A stretch of DNA of 64,000 bases, taken from positions 178,994,001 to 179,058,000 of the forward strand of contig NC_042997.1 of assembly GCF_006345805.1 (NCBI RefSeq), written 5' to 3'. The translations under genes and the position numbers were made by a program. How positions within the stretch are numbered: position 1 is the stretch's first letter; each line of letters begins with the position of its first letter. Shown in pieces: positions 40,021 to 53,518 of this stretch. Source of the DNA: Octopus sinensis (lineage: Eukaryota). Below the pieces are notes generated by a model. It made no database searches and was not told where the DNA came from. It saw only the letters and a program-made list of their open reading frames with translations.

Positions 40021-42192
40021 TTTGCTAAAAGCAACAACACTAACGCTAGAACAACTATTCCAATCAGCCAATTTTAAAGTTACAGACGCTGTGTGCAAAG
40101 CTGCGAATGATTGGATATTTAGGTTGAGTGTTATTGATTTATTTGTGGCAAGAACGTTGAGCATATTAACACTAATCCATTCCTATAATTATAAGTAGTT
40201 AAGATCACATACCGTGTCCTAAATCTCGGGTTATCAGAAAATTTGATTCATGTTACAGTCCTAAGAACGTTCGCAACCTGTCCGTTAAGATGGGAAGGAT
40301 AGAGGGGAAGGATAGAGGGGAGGCGAAAGGAAAAATTTTAAAACCAAAGGTCAACAGAGAAGCTGAAAAATCCCTGTCGTAGACTTTTGCGAACGTTGTA
40401 TATATGTGTACACATACATATATGAATGAACACACACACACAAATATAAAACCAGCTGATAGAAGTCAATACACATATGCCTTAGAGTAAAGTGTCAAGT
40501 GAGTGCAAAGCATGTCAATGAATGAATAAAGAACAGAAAATGTTATCACTTTCATTAACTTACAGCTAACCAATAAAAGTGAATGCAGGAATTTCAATAG
40601 GTCGGTCCACAATATTTCTTAGTATAGAAACAACTCTAAGCTCATGAATGTGATTAAATAACTTGTATCATTTTGTCATTATTAATTGATACGCATATAT
40701 ATACAAATACACACACATGGGGAAACATTAGCCCTGCAAGACAACGAAACAATTGTCAATAATCGTCGTGCACATTGCTATAAACTATACGTGTTATGAT
40801 CATAATAGTGGACGCAATAGATTGCCATTACGAGGACGAGAACCAATTTGCCAGCGGCTGGCCCTCCGGTATTTTATACAATTTGTAATATGCCGATACC
40901 AACGCGAAGCTTCTATGTATTTCACTATCCAAAATAGAATCGTTAGATATTTGCTTCTCTCTGGAATAATTTACATATAATTAAAATACAGAAATTTTGG
41001 AAGTAAGTTTGATTGGGATTAATTATGCTAATACCTGTATCATAACGAGTGGTAACTTAATTATTGCAATAAAATTATTCTCTTCTGTGATGCGATAATA
41101 TGACACAATCAATGGATGGCGAATTGTAGAGGCTGGCAAAATAATTTTTCCAGTAAGGAATAATTCTACAGAGGATAAAGATATATTTCACTTCTACCCA
41201 ACAAAGCGTCATCGTTAAAACGGATAGACTTCTTAGACTTGTCTATACCAACAATTATATCTGTTGAAGGATATTACTTATATATTTAGTCATACAAATA
41301 AAACTTATATGTTTTTTATAAAGATACACTTTTAGAAATAAGATATATATTTTGTGTTATTCTGTAACGGATCATATGTAAAATCCTTTCTAACATGAGG
41401 AAAAACAATTCACATTTTGGCGAAGAAATGGTGTCCGATTCTAAAGTATTGTAGCCAAATAATGTAAAAATATTTCTTTCGCTGTTCTACGGATTCTACT
41501 AAAACTTGGGTAAGTTTATAGCAATTAAATAATCTGCATAGAGTTCCCAACTGGTACTTTTTTTTATTGACGTCAAGTAGGTGAAAAGTAAATTCGACCC
41601 TGGTCGTTTTAATATACAAAAGTTAAAGGTACATTTTTTTTCTATTGGGTTGCCTGGCTTCAATTCCAGTCTGATGCACTGTTAGCGTATATATAACTGA
41701 AAACTTCAGAATAGCTCATAGTACACAAATTTCCGTGAAGCAGCGCCTAGTAAAATATGGCACAAAATCGATTGTGATCGAGCACGTTTAAAAATAAATT
41801 ACTTTCCAAAGTATATTATTATTTTTATTGTATCTGTAGAAAGCGTTATAGAATTATTATGGTGTTTAACTAGAAAATTTTCCAATCTCGTTTGATATGA
41901 CTTCTTTTAACGAAGTTATGAAAAGATAAGTAATCAGGCCAGTACCTGATATTATAGTCATGGAATTCTGAATACATTTAACTCTCAAATATTTATGCGA
42001 CTCCTGTTAAATCATTATGCGGCAATAGTTATTGCTCTAACAGCATGGTTTTCTGCCTGACGAGGATTAACTGTTTGAATATATTCGGACTGACATATGT
42101 ATACAAGTATACACATATATGCATACAAGAACATAGAAATACATAAATATATCTATGTACATACACACTAAGATATATAATCTTAGACAAAA

Positions 42193-42226
<34 letters not shown>

Positions 42227-42333
42227 TTAGTTTGGAGGGATATATTTTATATATATACTTACATACATATAGGGAAGACTATTGCCGGCGTAAGTTTTAT
42301 ATATAATAAAGGTAGGAGCATTTTGGTTAGGTC

Positions 42334-42545
42334 ATAATTTATCGGTAATTTCCTAACTGATTAGCATAATTAAAATAAATGAATCGCCTTTCAAAGCCGA
42401 AAAAGTAGATTGATTAAACTAGGAGGCAAAATATTTCTATTTTCGCAAGTAATTATAGGAAAAAACAAGACAACTTTTATGGTTTTGAAAGGCCCCTCAT
42501 TTATTTTAGTTATACTAATCGATTAGAAAATTACCGATAAATAAT
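42334..42545. mobile_element. Palindromic MITE-like element, ~80-bp inverted arms
   Basis: ataatttatcggtaatttcctaactgattagcataattaaaataaatgaatcgcctttcaaagcc pairs with ggttttgaaaggcccctcatttattttagttatactaatcgattagaaaattaccgataaat. Spacer ~50 bp. Confidence 0.75.
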
Positions 42546-43257
42546 TTATAGTTAATTTAAGTTCTGTAACACCCGTTTTTTTTTTACTCTTTATTTTATA
42601 ACCTAAGCAAAATACTCCTTCAGTTATTATATAGTAAACTTACAACCTTTACCCTTCTAGGTTGACATGAACCACTAATTATTATAACAACTCTAATTTT
42701 ATAACCAACATTTTCAGTCAGTCGAAAGGTTTTCAACATCAATTGGTATGTCCTTGTTTTCTATTTCTTTTCTTTCTTTTTCTTTTCTTTTTATTTATTT
42801 TCTCGCTCTGATGTAGTTCCGCTATTCAAGTTGGTATCGTTATTTACAAGGATAATTAATATTATTGTAATAAGTAAGCCTGATTATGCCCAAAATGACG
42901 CTAACAGAAACAGCTGTAAGATGACATTGTCGTTTTATAATCAATAAATAATAATTTATGTATATGGATTATGAGTTTTTCTCCATTTTCTTATTTTTCC
43001 TTGAATATAGATAAACGTCAGTTTATTCCTTTCGTTCCCTATCATGTATGAAAATTAATATTCATGATCACATATAGGTGATACACCAGTAATACGTTGG
43101 ATACAAATATCACTTTCACAGTTTTTATAACGTCTAATTGAAATCACCTTCATACATACGTACAAGTATATATATATATGTATATATATACATATATAAA
43201 CACTCATAAATATACATATATATATATATATACACTTATATATATATATATATACAC

Positions 43258-43291
<34 letters not shown>

Positions 43292-43717
43292 TCATAGGTA
43301 TACATATATATAAACTCATAGATATACATATATATAGCTATATATATATATATATATAGTTATATATATATAAACTCATAGATATACATATATATAACTA
43401 TATATATATATAGTTATACATATAAACTCATAGATATACATATATATAACTATATATATATATATATAGTTATATATATAAACTCATAGATATACATATA
43501 TAGCTATATATATATAAAATCATAGATATACATATATTTAACTATATATATATATATATATATGTATGTGTCTGTGTATATATATATATATATACACTCC
43601 TAGATATACACATATATAACTACATATACACAAGCTACATAATAGCATACATATGCCTATGTATATAAGCATTTCTCTCTCTTTCTTCAATTTATACACT
43701 CAAAGAATACACAGATC

Positions 43718-43749
<32 letters not shown>

Positions 43750-44214
43750 TATGTATAAGGTATTGTGAAGTGGATGTAAGTTATCAGTTGAATGCGTATG
43801 TAAGTTAAGCCGAATGAAATACACCGGAAAATTGTGAAAATTATAATCAACAGACTTTTAAGCAATTTCGTCCGGGAAACAGAGTGCTTAGTGCGTCATT
43901 AATTTTGAGTGTTCATGTGCATACATTCATGCATATATACATACATACACATCTATACATATATACATATACATATGTATACATACATATATATACATAC
44001 ACATATACATGTATACATACACATATACATATTTGCATACACATATACATATATACATACACATATACATATATACATACATATATATATATATACATAT
44101 ACACATATACATATATACATACATATATATATATACATATATACATATACACATATACATACACTTATATACATATACATATATACATACACATATATAT
44201 ATATACATATACAT

Positions 44215-44394
44215 ACGAGGAGAATTCACACGAAAAAATGACCAAGACAGGTGGTGTAGACAACAAACAGATGTATTAATTTAACGTTCGGAAAGTGATA
44301 ACGTCTTTAAAGGTTCGAGCCCACGCTCTTCCACAGAAATGAACACAGAAAGATACAACGGGAGAACATAAAGAATGTGTAGTGGCTAGCGATC
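44215..44394 (-). mobile_element. Family P1 Penelope-type element, copy 2
   Basis: Reverse-complement homology to 12519-12720; motif ctgtggaagagcgtgggctcgaacctttaaagac. Confidence 0.7.
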
Positions 44395-44459
44395 TATCTT
44401 GGCAAAATCCGGACAGAAGGGTCTTTCATACACACACACACACACACATAAATATATAC

Positions 44460-44518
<59 letters not shown>

Positions 44519-44522
44519 ACAC

Positions 44523-44560
<38 letters not shown>

Positions 44561-44774
44561 TCATAGGTATACATATATATAAACTCATAGATATACATAT
44601 ATATAGCTATATATATATATATATATAGTTATATATATATAAACTCATAGATATACATATATAACTATATATATATATAGTTATACATATAAACTCATAG
44701 ATATACATATATATAACTATATATATATATATATAGTTATATATATAAACTCATAGATATACATATATATATAT

Positions 44775-44808
<34 letters not shown>

Positions 44809-45474
44809 CACTTATATATATATATATATATGTATGTGTCTGTGTATATATATATATATACACTCCTAGATATACACATATATAACTACATATACACAAG
44901 CTACATAATAGCATACATATGCCTATGTATATAAGCATTCTCTCTCTTTCTTCAATTTATACACTCAAAGAATACACAGATCCACACACACACACACACA
45001 CACACAAACATATGTATAAGGTATTGTGAAGTGGATGTAAGTTATCAGTTGAATGCGTATGTAAGTTAAGCCGAATGAAATACACCGGAAAATTGTGAAA
45101 ATTATAATCAACAGACTTTTAAGCAATTTCGTCCGGGAAACAGAGTGCTTAGTGCGTCATTAATTTTGAGTGTTCATGTGCATACATTCATGCATATATA
45201 CATACATACACATCTATACATATATACATATACATATGTATACATACATATATATACATACACATATACATGTATACATACACATATACATATTTGCATA
45301 CACATATACATATATACATACACATATACATATATACATACATATATATATATTACATATACACATATACATATATACATACATATATATATATACATAT
45401 ATACATATACACATATACATACACTTATATACATATACATATATACATACACATATATATATATACATATACAT

Positions 45475-45654
45475 ACGAGGAGAATTCACACGAAAAAATG
45501 ACCAAGACAGGTGGTGTAGACAACAAACAGATGTATTAATTTAACGTTCGGAAAGTGATAACGTCTTTAAAGGTTCGAGCCCACGCTCTTCCACAGAAAT
45601 GAACACAGAAAGATACAACGGGAGAACATAAAGAATGTGTAGTGGCTAGCGATC
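45475..45654 (-). mobile_element. Family P1 element, copy 3 (product of the tandem duplication)
   Basis: Appears identical to 44215-44394. Confidence 0.7.
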
Positions 45655-45719
45655 TATCTTGGCAAAATCCGGACAGAAGGGTCTTTCATACACACACACA
45701 CACACACATAAATATATAC

Positions 45720-45778
<59 letters not shown>

Positions 45779-46174
45779 ACACACATTATATATACACACA
45801 TATACACATATATACACATATATGCATGCATAGATAGATAGATACATACATACATATATACACTACATCTACATGAAACGCGATCGTACACAGAATATAG
45901 TAGCCACTAAAAGAAACTAACTTCTAGACAAATTTACGTAACAGATTGTATTTCATTTTCAAATAATTGATTTTACTTTGGCAGTAAAGCTAATGAATTG
46001 ATTTCATTCCAAATGTCTTCTACCACTCACTTTTACTGAGTGACTCAATCTAATTTCTTCTCGGTTTTTCCGCATCTGTATCCTTGTGACAAATAGATAG
46101 ATAATATAGCATTAATTGGCTGTCCAGAGTCCCATTACTCCCTGCTGCAGATATGCTAAATACAGAAATAGGCC

Positions 46175-46219
<45 letters not shown>

Positions 46220-46524
46220 TACGGAATTAGTTGTGAAGTTCAACCCATATAACAACTTGTGTCACTTAAAATAATATATTTTAAAAAAAATAATGTAAAT
46301 AGAAAAAAAATAAAAAGCAAATGATTTCCTCTCTTATACGAAAATGGGATAAATCAATATTTAAAACAACTCTTAATAACAAGTACAAAAGTGTAATTCA
46401 CTACAGTGAGAGAGACCTTCGTTCGCACGGTGATGAACACTCTCATACGAACATATGGTTAATTACGGTAAATTTCTATAACACACTTGAATGTACTTAT
46501 GCATATGTGTTCGTGAATGTGTAT

Positions 46525-46604
<80 letters not shown>

Positions 46605-47004
46605 ATACATATACACACACATATGTTAAAATATGCATATGAACACACACACATATGTATACGCCCATGTGCATACACCTAAATACACATACGTATGTAT
46701 GAGAATGTGTTATGGAAATGTTCCATAATTAGTCGGTTCTCTTAGTGTCGTTTATACTTCGTGCCAAATAAGCGAGATAGCTGCGCATACGTGGTCTTCT
46801 CAAGTACATGGACCAACGTCTGGGAGTACATCACACCACGCCCATCATCGCGAGAAAGAAGGTATCTTAGTACACTATTTGACACATTTCTAAGCACTGC
46901 ATAAGCCGTTTTAATTATTGATTTATATACGTTTATATATATTTACACCCAAACTCAATATTTGTATATGTGTCTATATAATCTATCAGTCTATGTTGAT
47001 AACG

Positions 47005-47286
47005 GAGATAATGATGATGAAGACTTCGACGATGATGATAAAGATGGTGATGTTGACTGGGATGATAATGATGCCGACTGTGAGAGTAATGATGATGTTG
47101 ACTGCTGCTGCTGCTGCTGATAGTAATGATGATGTTGATGATGATGCCGCTGAGATAAAAGGTTGTTGGTGGTTATGTTGATGATGATAACAACGAAGTT
47201 GATGATAAATAATAAGGACAAGGACTATCATGTTGACGGTGACGACAACTATGACGACGACGACGACGATGATGATGATGATGATA

Positions 47287-47324
<38 letters not shown>

Positions 47325-47325
47325 A
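47005..47325. repeat. Degenerate (GAT)n/(GAC)n trinucleotide region
   Basis: Directly visible; source of the poly-Asp/Met ORFs. Confidence 0.9.
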
Positions 47326-47586
47326 TACTTAGTTTTAAAGACAAATTCTCCGATGAAAGAAATATCAAGTGGCCGCTATCAAATAGACATTTTTCATATG
47401 TGATCCACAAAATGTTTTTATATTTGATCCACGAAACAGAGTGAAGATCTAATTTTGATGATGAAATATTCAATGACTTAAATCTCATACCAAACTCTGC
47501 TCTTTAGGAATAAACACGTAAAATGATGAATTACCTTCTATTTAGTTCGCTGTGGCACTGCCTTGAAGAAATTTTGTCAAATATAT

Positions 47587-48337
47587 TGACCCCAGTGCAT
47601 TTTGTACGTCTGGTACATATTCTGTTAGTCTCTTTTGCCAAAGTGCTAGGTTACGGAGACGTAAACAAACAAACAACGGTTGTCAAGCGGTGGTGGGGAC
47701 AAACACAGACACAAACACACACACTTACACACACACATATACACACAGACTATGGGTGACTATGTGGTAAGTAGCTTGCTTACCAACCACATGGCTCCGA
47801 GTTCAGTCCCACTGCATCATGGCACTTTGGGCAAGTGTCTTCTACTATAGCCTCGGGCAGACCAAAGCCTTGTGAGTGGATTTGGTAGACGGAAACTGAA
47901 AGAAGCCCGTCGTATACATATATATGTATATGTATGTGTGTGTATATATTTGTGGGTCTCTCTTTGTCACCCATCCCCAACACCGCTTGACAACCGATGC
48001 TGGTGTATTTCCTACCCGTAATTTAGCCGTTCAGCAAAAGGTGCCGATAGAATAAGTACTAGGCTTACAAAGAATAAGTCCTTGGTTCGATTTGCTCGAC
48101 TAAAGGCGGTGCTCCAGCATGGCCACAGTCAAATCACTGAAACAAGTAAAAGAGTAAAATAGTATATATTATCCACGACGGGCTTCTTTCAGTATCCGTC
48201 TACCAAATTAACTCACAAGGGCTTTCGTCGGCTCGAGGCAGAAGCCTTATGAAGGCCTATTAGAAAACATTAGCCTAAGGTACTACGCGGTAGGACTGAA
48301 CCCGGAGCCATGTAGTTGGGAAGCAAGCTTATTCACC
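47587..48337 (-). mobile_element. Older SINE family A copy split by a nested insertion (3' half 47587-47747, 5' half 48176-48337)
   Basis: Both halves are in minus orientation and in the correct order; they break at the central microsatellite. Confidence 0.8.
47754..48160 (+). mobile_element. SINE family A, full length, nested in the opposite orientation
   Basis: Complete from head to tail (tatgtggtaagtagcttgct...ctgaaacaagtaaaagagtaaaa). Confidence 0.92.
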
Positions 48338-48424
48338 TATGTAAGGTGACATTCCATAGAGAAGTCCATGACATACAATGTCTAAACAGAAAAGACGAGT
48401 CTAGGCGGCGTGTGAAAACACATT

Positions 48425-48660
48425 TAATCGAAAGAGAAAATGGCATCATCATTATCACTGTCATCTTCATTGCCACCGATTTCATCGCCATCTTTTTCAT
48501 CTTCGTATTTATTGTCATCGACCAATTCGTCACCATCATCAGAACCCTCCTCTTCGCCAATATCCACAAAGTCAGCATCATGACCACCACTATCATAATC
48601 CTTGTCGTTGCCGACGTCATCACCATTATCATTATCTTGTACAACAAGAGTGACAGCAAC
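48425..48660. repeat. Old degenerate (CAT)n repeat
   Basis: Visible cat/cac/cgt triplet periodicity. Confidence 0.8.
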
Positions 48661-49190
48661 AGAGTCAAAACAATAGACACATCCTGCTCTATAAATGAAC
48701 TTATGGAATCGAAATCACGGTTTAAAGGAAACTAAACAGAATAGTTATGTCTTTTAAAGCATCTAAACAGAATAGCTGTGTCTTTTAAAATCTAATACAA
48801 TGGACACTGGTATATTTCAATGTAATGTAATATCATCATTCAACTGAAATGGATTTTAAAATACTTTATGTTCCTTCTTTAGCAAGTGGAAATCGATAGT
48901 TATATTTCTATTTAGATGACATAGTTTTATATTACGAAATTGCATGAGTTTAATTTCAGCGAGCTTGTTGCTTGTTTCATACACTGCCGTATGCTATATG
49001 TATACACACACAAAAATATATACCCCCCCACACGCACACATACACACACAAATTTATATGTATGTGTGTTTGTGCGCATGCGCCTGGGTATGAGGGCTTG
49101 TGAATATATGTACACATAAATGCATATATATATATGCGTGAGTATACATACATGCATATATATATATATATATATGTGAGTATACATACA

Positions 49191-49230
<40 letters not shown>

Positions 49231-50134
49231 TGAGTATATGAGTATACATACATACATGCATATATATATATATGATTGGTTGTGTGCATGCGCCTTGTGT
49301 ATGAGGGTTTCTGAGTATAGATATATATATATATACACACGTACATGCACACACACACATACTCACATAGACACACACACACATAACAAACACATATATA
49401 TCATGTATGTGTATGAACATACATGCACAAATGTATACGCATGCACATATATAGACGTAGGCATACAATAATGCGTATTTGGGCACATTCACACCTATAT
49501 ATGTATTACAGCAATTCTTTGATTTTTAAGTAGATTTTGAAAGTATAGAAACATGCTCAGTTAACTAACATTATAATTAGCGACATTACTGAAAGGCGTA
49601 ACATCTTTGAATATTTGCGGAGCTGTGAGAAATCAATATTTACTAAAATATAAACATAATGGAAACATCAGGATATGCTTTAATATGCTTCTTGTGCGTT
49701 GTTGTTTCTTTACTTCTTTAGATTTCTTTGATTTATTTAAACAACACCCAACTGAAGCAACCTTCCACGTTTCACTTGTTTCCAAGAACTGTATCAAGCG
49801 ATTCTTTTATCAAAAATTGTGCCATAAAGATATTTTGCAACGAAATGTACATTCGCATCGAAAATTGTAACTTCGTATTTTTATCGTGTAAAACATAGAT
49901 CTCCGTGTTTATGTGTGTGTTTGTGCGCATGTGTGTGCGTGGATATATAGATATATCCATATATAAATATTTATATGTAAATATATATACATATAAATAT
50001 ATTTATATATATATATGTATAATTATATATATGTAATTTATAAATATATAGATATCTATCTATAAGTATATATTAATATATATATATAAATATATATCTG
50101 AATATTTATATATATATGTATGAATATTTAAATA

Positions 50135-50460
50135 TCGGGCCATACGTCCCCTGCCCAATTCAAGATCACAGCATACATGTACACTGCAACATAATTTCTT
50201 TTCCTCAACAGGCCCTGCCCTATTTAACATTGTCCCGAAAGAGATCAAAGAAGAAAAGGATCCCATCAACTTTAAACGGAGTCAAGGAATGCCAGATAAG
50301 CCACCCATAATTGGATACAACTCACCCAACAAAAACTCACTACTTGAATGGACCATAAACAAAACTTGACTTAAACAGGATTCAAATAATCCTATCAGGT
50401 GGTGGTATTAAGTTAAACATGGCCTGGACTAAACTTTGGTCGAAACATATCTCAGTTTAT
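50135..50460 (+). mobile_element. 3' end of a CR1/L2-group LINE (distinct subfamily)
   Basis: TLQHNFFSSTGPALFNIVPKEIKEEKDPINFKR..GMPDKPPIIGYNSPNKNSLLEW, followed by a 3' UTR ending catggcctggactaaactttggtcgaaac. Confidence 0.8.
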
Positions 50461-50465
50461 ATATG

Positions 50466-50497
<32 letters not shown>

Positions 50498-50544
50498 ATA
50501 TATATATATATATATTATATATATATATACACACACACATATAT

Positions 50545-50734
50545 AGTTAATCCAAACATGAAATCACAAAGAGAAAACACAACGACGCGAGGACGTGGAA
50601 CAAGTATAGTGTTTTTGGACGCTCAAGAAAGGAAAGAAAAAAGGAGGAGCTCTTCGTCAGAATCACAGGAAAAGGAAAGATAAAAGGAAGGGAAGACGGA
50701 GGGAAAATATCGCCAACGATACACACGCGGTCAC

Positions 50735-50737
<3 letters not shown>
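50545..50737 (-). mobile_element. Family P2 Penelope-type element, copy 2 (internal deletion in the ribozyme-like motif)
   Basis: Homology to 33235-33402. Minus strand ctgacgaagagc is retained; the gctcgaaacgt part is missing. Confidence 0.6.
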
Positions 50738-50773
<36 letters not shown>

Positions 50774-50802
50774 ATATGCATGAATATATATAAATATATA
50801 TA

Positions 50803-51230
50803 CTTTTCACTCGTTTCAGCCATGCGGCTGTGGTCATGCTGGAGCACCATCATAGTCTATCTGACTATCTCAGTCTGGGTGCTTCATATCCCCACTCCTA
50901 TTTGTGCCTTTTTCCCAGCTGTTGGTACATTTGATCTAAAACTCAAATTGATTCCGCTGCCCTCGTCTGTAACTCATGTCGGGTTGTTGATTCATCCGGT
51001 TTTGTGGAGATGAGGATGTCTAATTCCTTTTTGAAGACATCTATGCAAATTTCTTAATTTTTGTAGCAGGGCATTGGAAAGCTGTGGCCCTTTGAACCTT
51101 AGACTATTACAATACCTGGTCCTGAATTTAGAAGGAGTGGACGGCACCTTTGGTACAATACAATGGCGCCCGTATCTGGCATTTGTATAACACTCAATGC
51201 GAAAGTTAGGTACTAGCCCAGAACAGTTCC
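50803..51230 (-). mobile_element. 3' end of a CR1/L2-group LINE
   Basis: Minus strand VPNFRIECYTNARYGRHCIVPKVPSTPSKFRTRYCNSLRFKGPQLSNAL..., with terminal ggtgctccagcatgaccacagccgcatggctgaaacgagtgaaaag. Confidence 0.85.
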
Positions 51231-51269
51231 CTCGGGTACAGCACTTTTTTTAAGGAAGTCATGCAGCCT

Positions 51270-52800
51270 CTCAATGATAGTCATGTATATAATTTTAGCA
51301 AAGAACACGGAAATCACAACTATAATAAACTTAATCAATACGAACGCCATAACCATAATTCTACTAAAAGATAAAATAGTATAAATTTTAGCAATTCCTA
51401 CGTTACTAAGTACACTAATACTAATACGAATAAACCCAAGAATACTGACAACAAATACCAAAACTGCTTAATTATAGATCAAAATAGGAATATTAAACCA
51501 ATAATAAAAAAAACGAAAATAGTCTAAGCTCACCTAATTCCTTCAATAAAACATATATTCATAGAACTCAAGTTAATATAAATGGGAATAAAATAGCAAA
51601 AGAGAAAACAAATACCTTGTAAGAGAATAACTGACCCCCCAAACAAAAACCATCATTCCAATAAAGAAAATAGCGATATCACTACTTGGATAATAATGCC
51701 GCTCGCCAAACATCTAATATCGAATTTTATTAGATCCATTAGAATGATAATAAGAATTTTAAAAACTCTAAATATGCAAAAATATTAAATAATACAAAGA
51801 CTTAAATTTGGATTTTCAGTCTTTCCTATTATCTTTAGGATAATTTCTTCTTTTAACAATAAAAAACTGGATCTATTCTATAATAAAAAAAAAACCTTCG
51901 TTAAATGTACCTTGTACTTCTAATAAGCCTATAAATAACAAGAACTTTTATCATAATAACCAGAACTCCATTAACCCTAATAAACATAGACATAACACCA
52001 CAGTACCACCCAAAAATTTAAATTGTAATTGTAGAGACCCAAATGCCTGTGAAGTGGATATAAATTGCAAAATGAAAGAAGTTGTATACCAAGCAACTAT
52101 TATTACTCAGGAGTGCTATAAATATATATACATTGGTTGGACGAAAGATTCTTTTAAATCGAGAATAAATTAACATAAGTCTTATTTTCGGGACCCTAGA
52201 GAAGAGGATAGCACCTCAAAAGATGAAAATTAGCACCTCAAAAGAAACAATATTGATTTCTCAATTTCATCGAAAATCTTATCTTCAGCCCCCTCTAATA
52301 GATATAATAATAAAATCTGCAGGTTACGTTTAGAAGAAAGCTATAGCATAATCAGAATGATTGGAAATCTGGTTAACACTAGGGATCAAAGAATTTTCTC
52401 ATCTATACATATGACCAAATTCCTTTTTATCAATCTTATATAATTGCTTAGATATGTTTTTGGTGGTTTTTAAAAAATATTTCTATTTCTTATCTTTCTC
52501 AATGGAATACAATTTCTCATCACATCCACTTTACATCACTATATCTTACACTATCTTAATATATTTTCCTTCATCTAAATTTTCCTTCTAACAATTGCAT
52601 GACCCATCATATATTTGGCTAATACTTTATCTACGTTTCTCTATCCTTCTTTCTCTCTTAACAAGTCTGTTTTTTTTATATAATACCTTTCCTTAGTGTA
52701 TAATTTAGCTATATATTTTATTTTATTTATTTGCATAATGTGTCTATTAAAACCCCCTCAACATACCAATTCTAACTAATACTGTTTTATGTCACTCAGA
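51270..52800 (+). mobile_element. 5'-truncated Penelope-like retroelement (linker, GIY-YIG endonuclease, 3' region)
   Basis: KYAKILNN..LKFGFS..IISSFNNKKL linker motif followed by the endonuclease domain. The outer boundaries are approximate. Confidence 0.75.
52024..52443 (+). pseudogene. GIY-YIG endonuclease domain of a Penelope-like element, with in-frame stops
   Basis: CNCRDPNACEVDINCKMKEVVYQATIITQECYKYIYIGWTKDSFKSRIN*HKSYFRD...IDFSISSKIL...ICRLRLEE. Cys-rich linker plus VVY...YIG motifs. Confidence 0.88.
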
Positions 52801-52831
<31 letters not shown>

Positions 52832-52935
52832 ACATAAATATAAATATATATATATATATATAATTAAATATATGTAAATATATATATATGTAAGCACATA
52901 CATCCATACACACAAACATGTATGTATATATATAT

Positions 52936-52981
<46 letters not shown>

Positions 52982-53518
52982 ATTCGTTTACATTTACAAA
53001 CACGCTCACACACACACATACAAGCATATATATGCATCTCTGTGTGCGTGCATGTGTGTGAGTGTGTGTGTAGGTGTGCTTTAGCACTCGGCAGATTTCC
53101 GTTGCAATAACTATGCCTGAAATCGACTGTGGGCTGTAGGTATCCGATTTTTGTGCATTTATTACTTTGTATGATAAAATAGAACATGCAGATCCTCGCA
53201 GTATTCTCTGCTACCCACTCGACCTTCTAGAAGGAGCAGGGAATTTTTCGAATATTGAATCTTAGCGGCCAATGTGGTTTGAGGTTTTACTAATAAAATA
53301 GGATGATGTAAACAACATGAATTTCATGAACCTTAGTCGTTCGTGATCATAGTTGTCACATAGATGTTCAACTAGAACATCAGCAATAACCAGAGAACAC
53401 CACTACCACCGACACCAGCAGCAAACTACCGCGCCACACCAATGAATTTGGGATTTGTTTTATCTTTAGTAAGATCGGTAAAATAAAATAAAGAAAATAG
53501 TTGCTACGAATCATATAT

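Larger units (their letters stand above)
43257..45781. repeat. Tandem duplication of a ~1.26-kb unit (43257-44518 and 44519-45781)
   Basis: Unique segments repeat at an offset of 1260-1261 (ORF starts 43884/45145 and 44382/45642). The differences I could see are indels in simple repeats. Confidence 0.92.

Noticed and set aside
40266-40397. 11-bp inverted repeat aacgttcgcaa/ttgcgaacgtt as a MITE
   Set aside because: The TIR is too short and there is no TSD or second copy in the window.
46918-47488. Poly-Asp/Met/Ala ORFs
   Set aside because: Frames of (GAT)n, (GAC)n and (GCT)n repeats; no splice or homology support.
51213-51461. Hydrophobic minus-strand ORF resembling a mitochondrial NADH dehydrogenase subunit (possible NUMT)
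   Set aside because: It is the antisense of the Asn/Lys-rich plus-strand frame leading into the Penelope GIY-YIG domain, and has no ND-specific motifs.
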